Assembly (NCBI GenBank): GCA_016186115.1
Contig: JACPMK010000002.1
Location: 340,323 to 395,297, forward strand
Direction of reading: 5' to 3'
Length of the DNA stretch: 54,975 nucleotides
DNA from: Candidatus Wildermuthbacteria bacterium
GTDB lineage: Bacteria; Patescibacteriota; Minisyncoccia; Minisyncoccales; UBA10102
Numbering within the stretch: the first letter of the stretch is position 1; every line of letters begins with the position of its first letter. Below the pieces are notes generated by a model. The model made no database searches. It was not told where the DNA came from and saw nothing but the letters and a program-made list of their open reading frames with translations. The position numbers and the translations under genes are program-made. This document shows, piece after piece, positions 54,854 to 54,975 of this stretch.

Positions 54854-54975
54854 ATGACGAACCGCCTCATTTCCGAAAAAATTGTTTCTTGGGATTTCGC
54901 CCCGCCGTTTGATTTTACCGCCCAATTCCTTGCGAGCCGCGCCGCGAGGCGCGGCGAGCAAACTATCGCTTTGGC
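54854..54975 (+). CDS. Start of a plus-strand ORF leaving the window; its first 40 codons duplicate recombinase residues encoded in the left repeat arm
   Basis: ATG 54854, then MTNRLISEKIVSWDFAPPFDFTAQFLASRAARRGEQTIALA..., open to the window end. Not in the ORF track (edge ORF). May be non-coding repeat sequence. Confidence 0.25.
   Translation, partial: MTNRLISEKIVSWDFAPPFDFTAQFLASRAARRGEQTIAL
54857..54975. repeat. Right arm of the inverted repeat (truncated by the window end)
   Basis: See the left arm. Identity continues to the last base of the window, so the true length is unknown. Confidence 0.9.

Larger units (their letters stand above)
53239..54975 (-). mobile_element. Serine-recombinase cassette bounded by long inverted repeats next to a tRNA gene (invertible segment or mobile-element end)
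   Basis: Recombinase gene plus 119-nt inverted repeats, lying 25 nt downstream of the tRNA-Ile 3' end. Confidence 0.5.

Noticed and set aside
54728-54961. 77-aa minus-strand ORF upstream of the recombinase with an ATGA overlap
   Set aside because: Two thirds of it lies inside the inverted repeat, and the left arm gives a mirrored 58-codon ORF with the same first 35 residues. The open frame is most simply a by-product of the GC-rich repeat. It cannot be excluded as a small excisionase-like or accessory gene.

Overview
The gene content suggests a chromosomal segment from a small-genome, monoderm-type bacterium of the Patescibacteria/CPR kind; this placement is an inference. It uses the standard genetic code, since TGA acts as a stop.

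Housekeeping genes: ftsW/rodA-family, ligA, recG, tsaD, valS, gyrA, rpsA, ftsH, a PrsW-like protease, Hsp20, ComF, an MBL hydrolase, and 6 tRNAs.

Cell-surface genes form a large second set:
- A complete type IV pilus system with no secretin, split into two blocks. The minor-pilin operon lies at 12998-16650. The second block, 20775-30320, carries pilD, the major pilin, pilC, pilT, a receiver domain, pilB, pilO, pilN and pilM.
- Giant fibre-like proteins of 1826 and 873 aa.
- An O-antigen-ligase/TPR protein, cohesin-like and lamin-tail-domain proteins, and GT2 and GT39 glycosyltransferases.
- Three VirB2/T4SS-pilin-like modules.

Most notable non-standard signals:
1. A large serine recombinase next to tRNA-Ile(UAU), bracketed by a 119-nt near-perfect inverted repeat that runs off the window end.
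2. Blocks of about five heptanucleotide tandem repeats sitting in frame inside tsaD (three blocks), recG and a prepilin leader.
3. A GT39 mannosyltransferase nested among VirB2-like pilin modules, one of them fused to a 635-aa Ig-repeat protein.
4. A giant protein combining HTH, TM segment, collagen-like repeat, fibre and a putative autoproteolytic chaperone domain.
5. A rearrangement scar at 16.7-17.0 kb: an IS integrase remnant, two short repeat families and a consensus promoter.
6. Several promoters placed 6-9 nt from the ATG, implying leaderless mRNAs.

No CRISPR array, rRNA or reverse transcriptase was seen. All family assignments come from reading motifs by eye; no database search was run.
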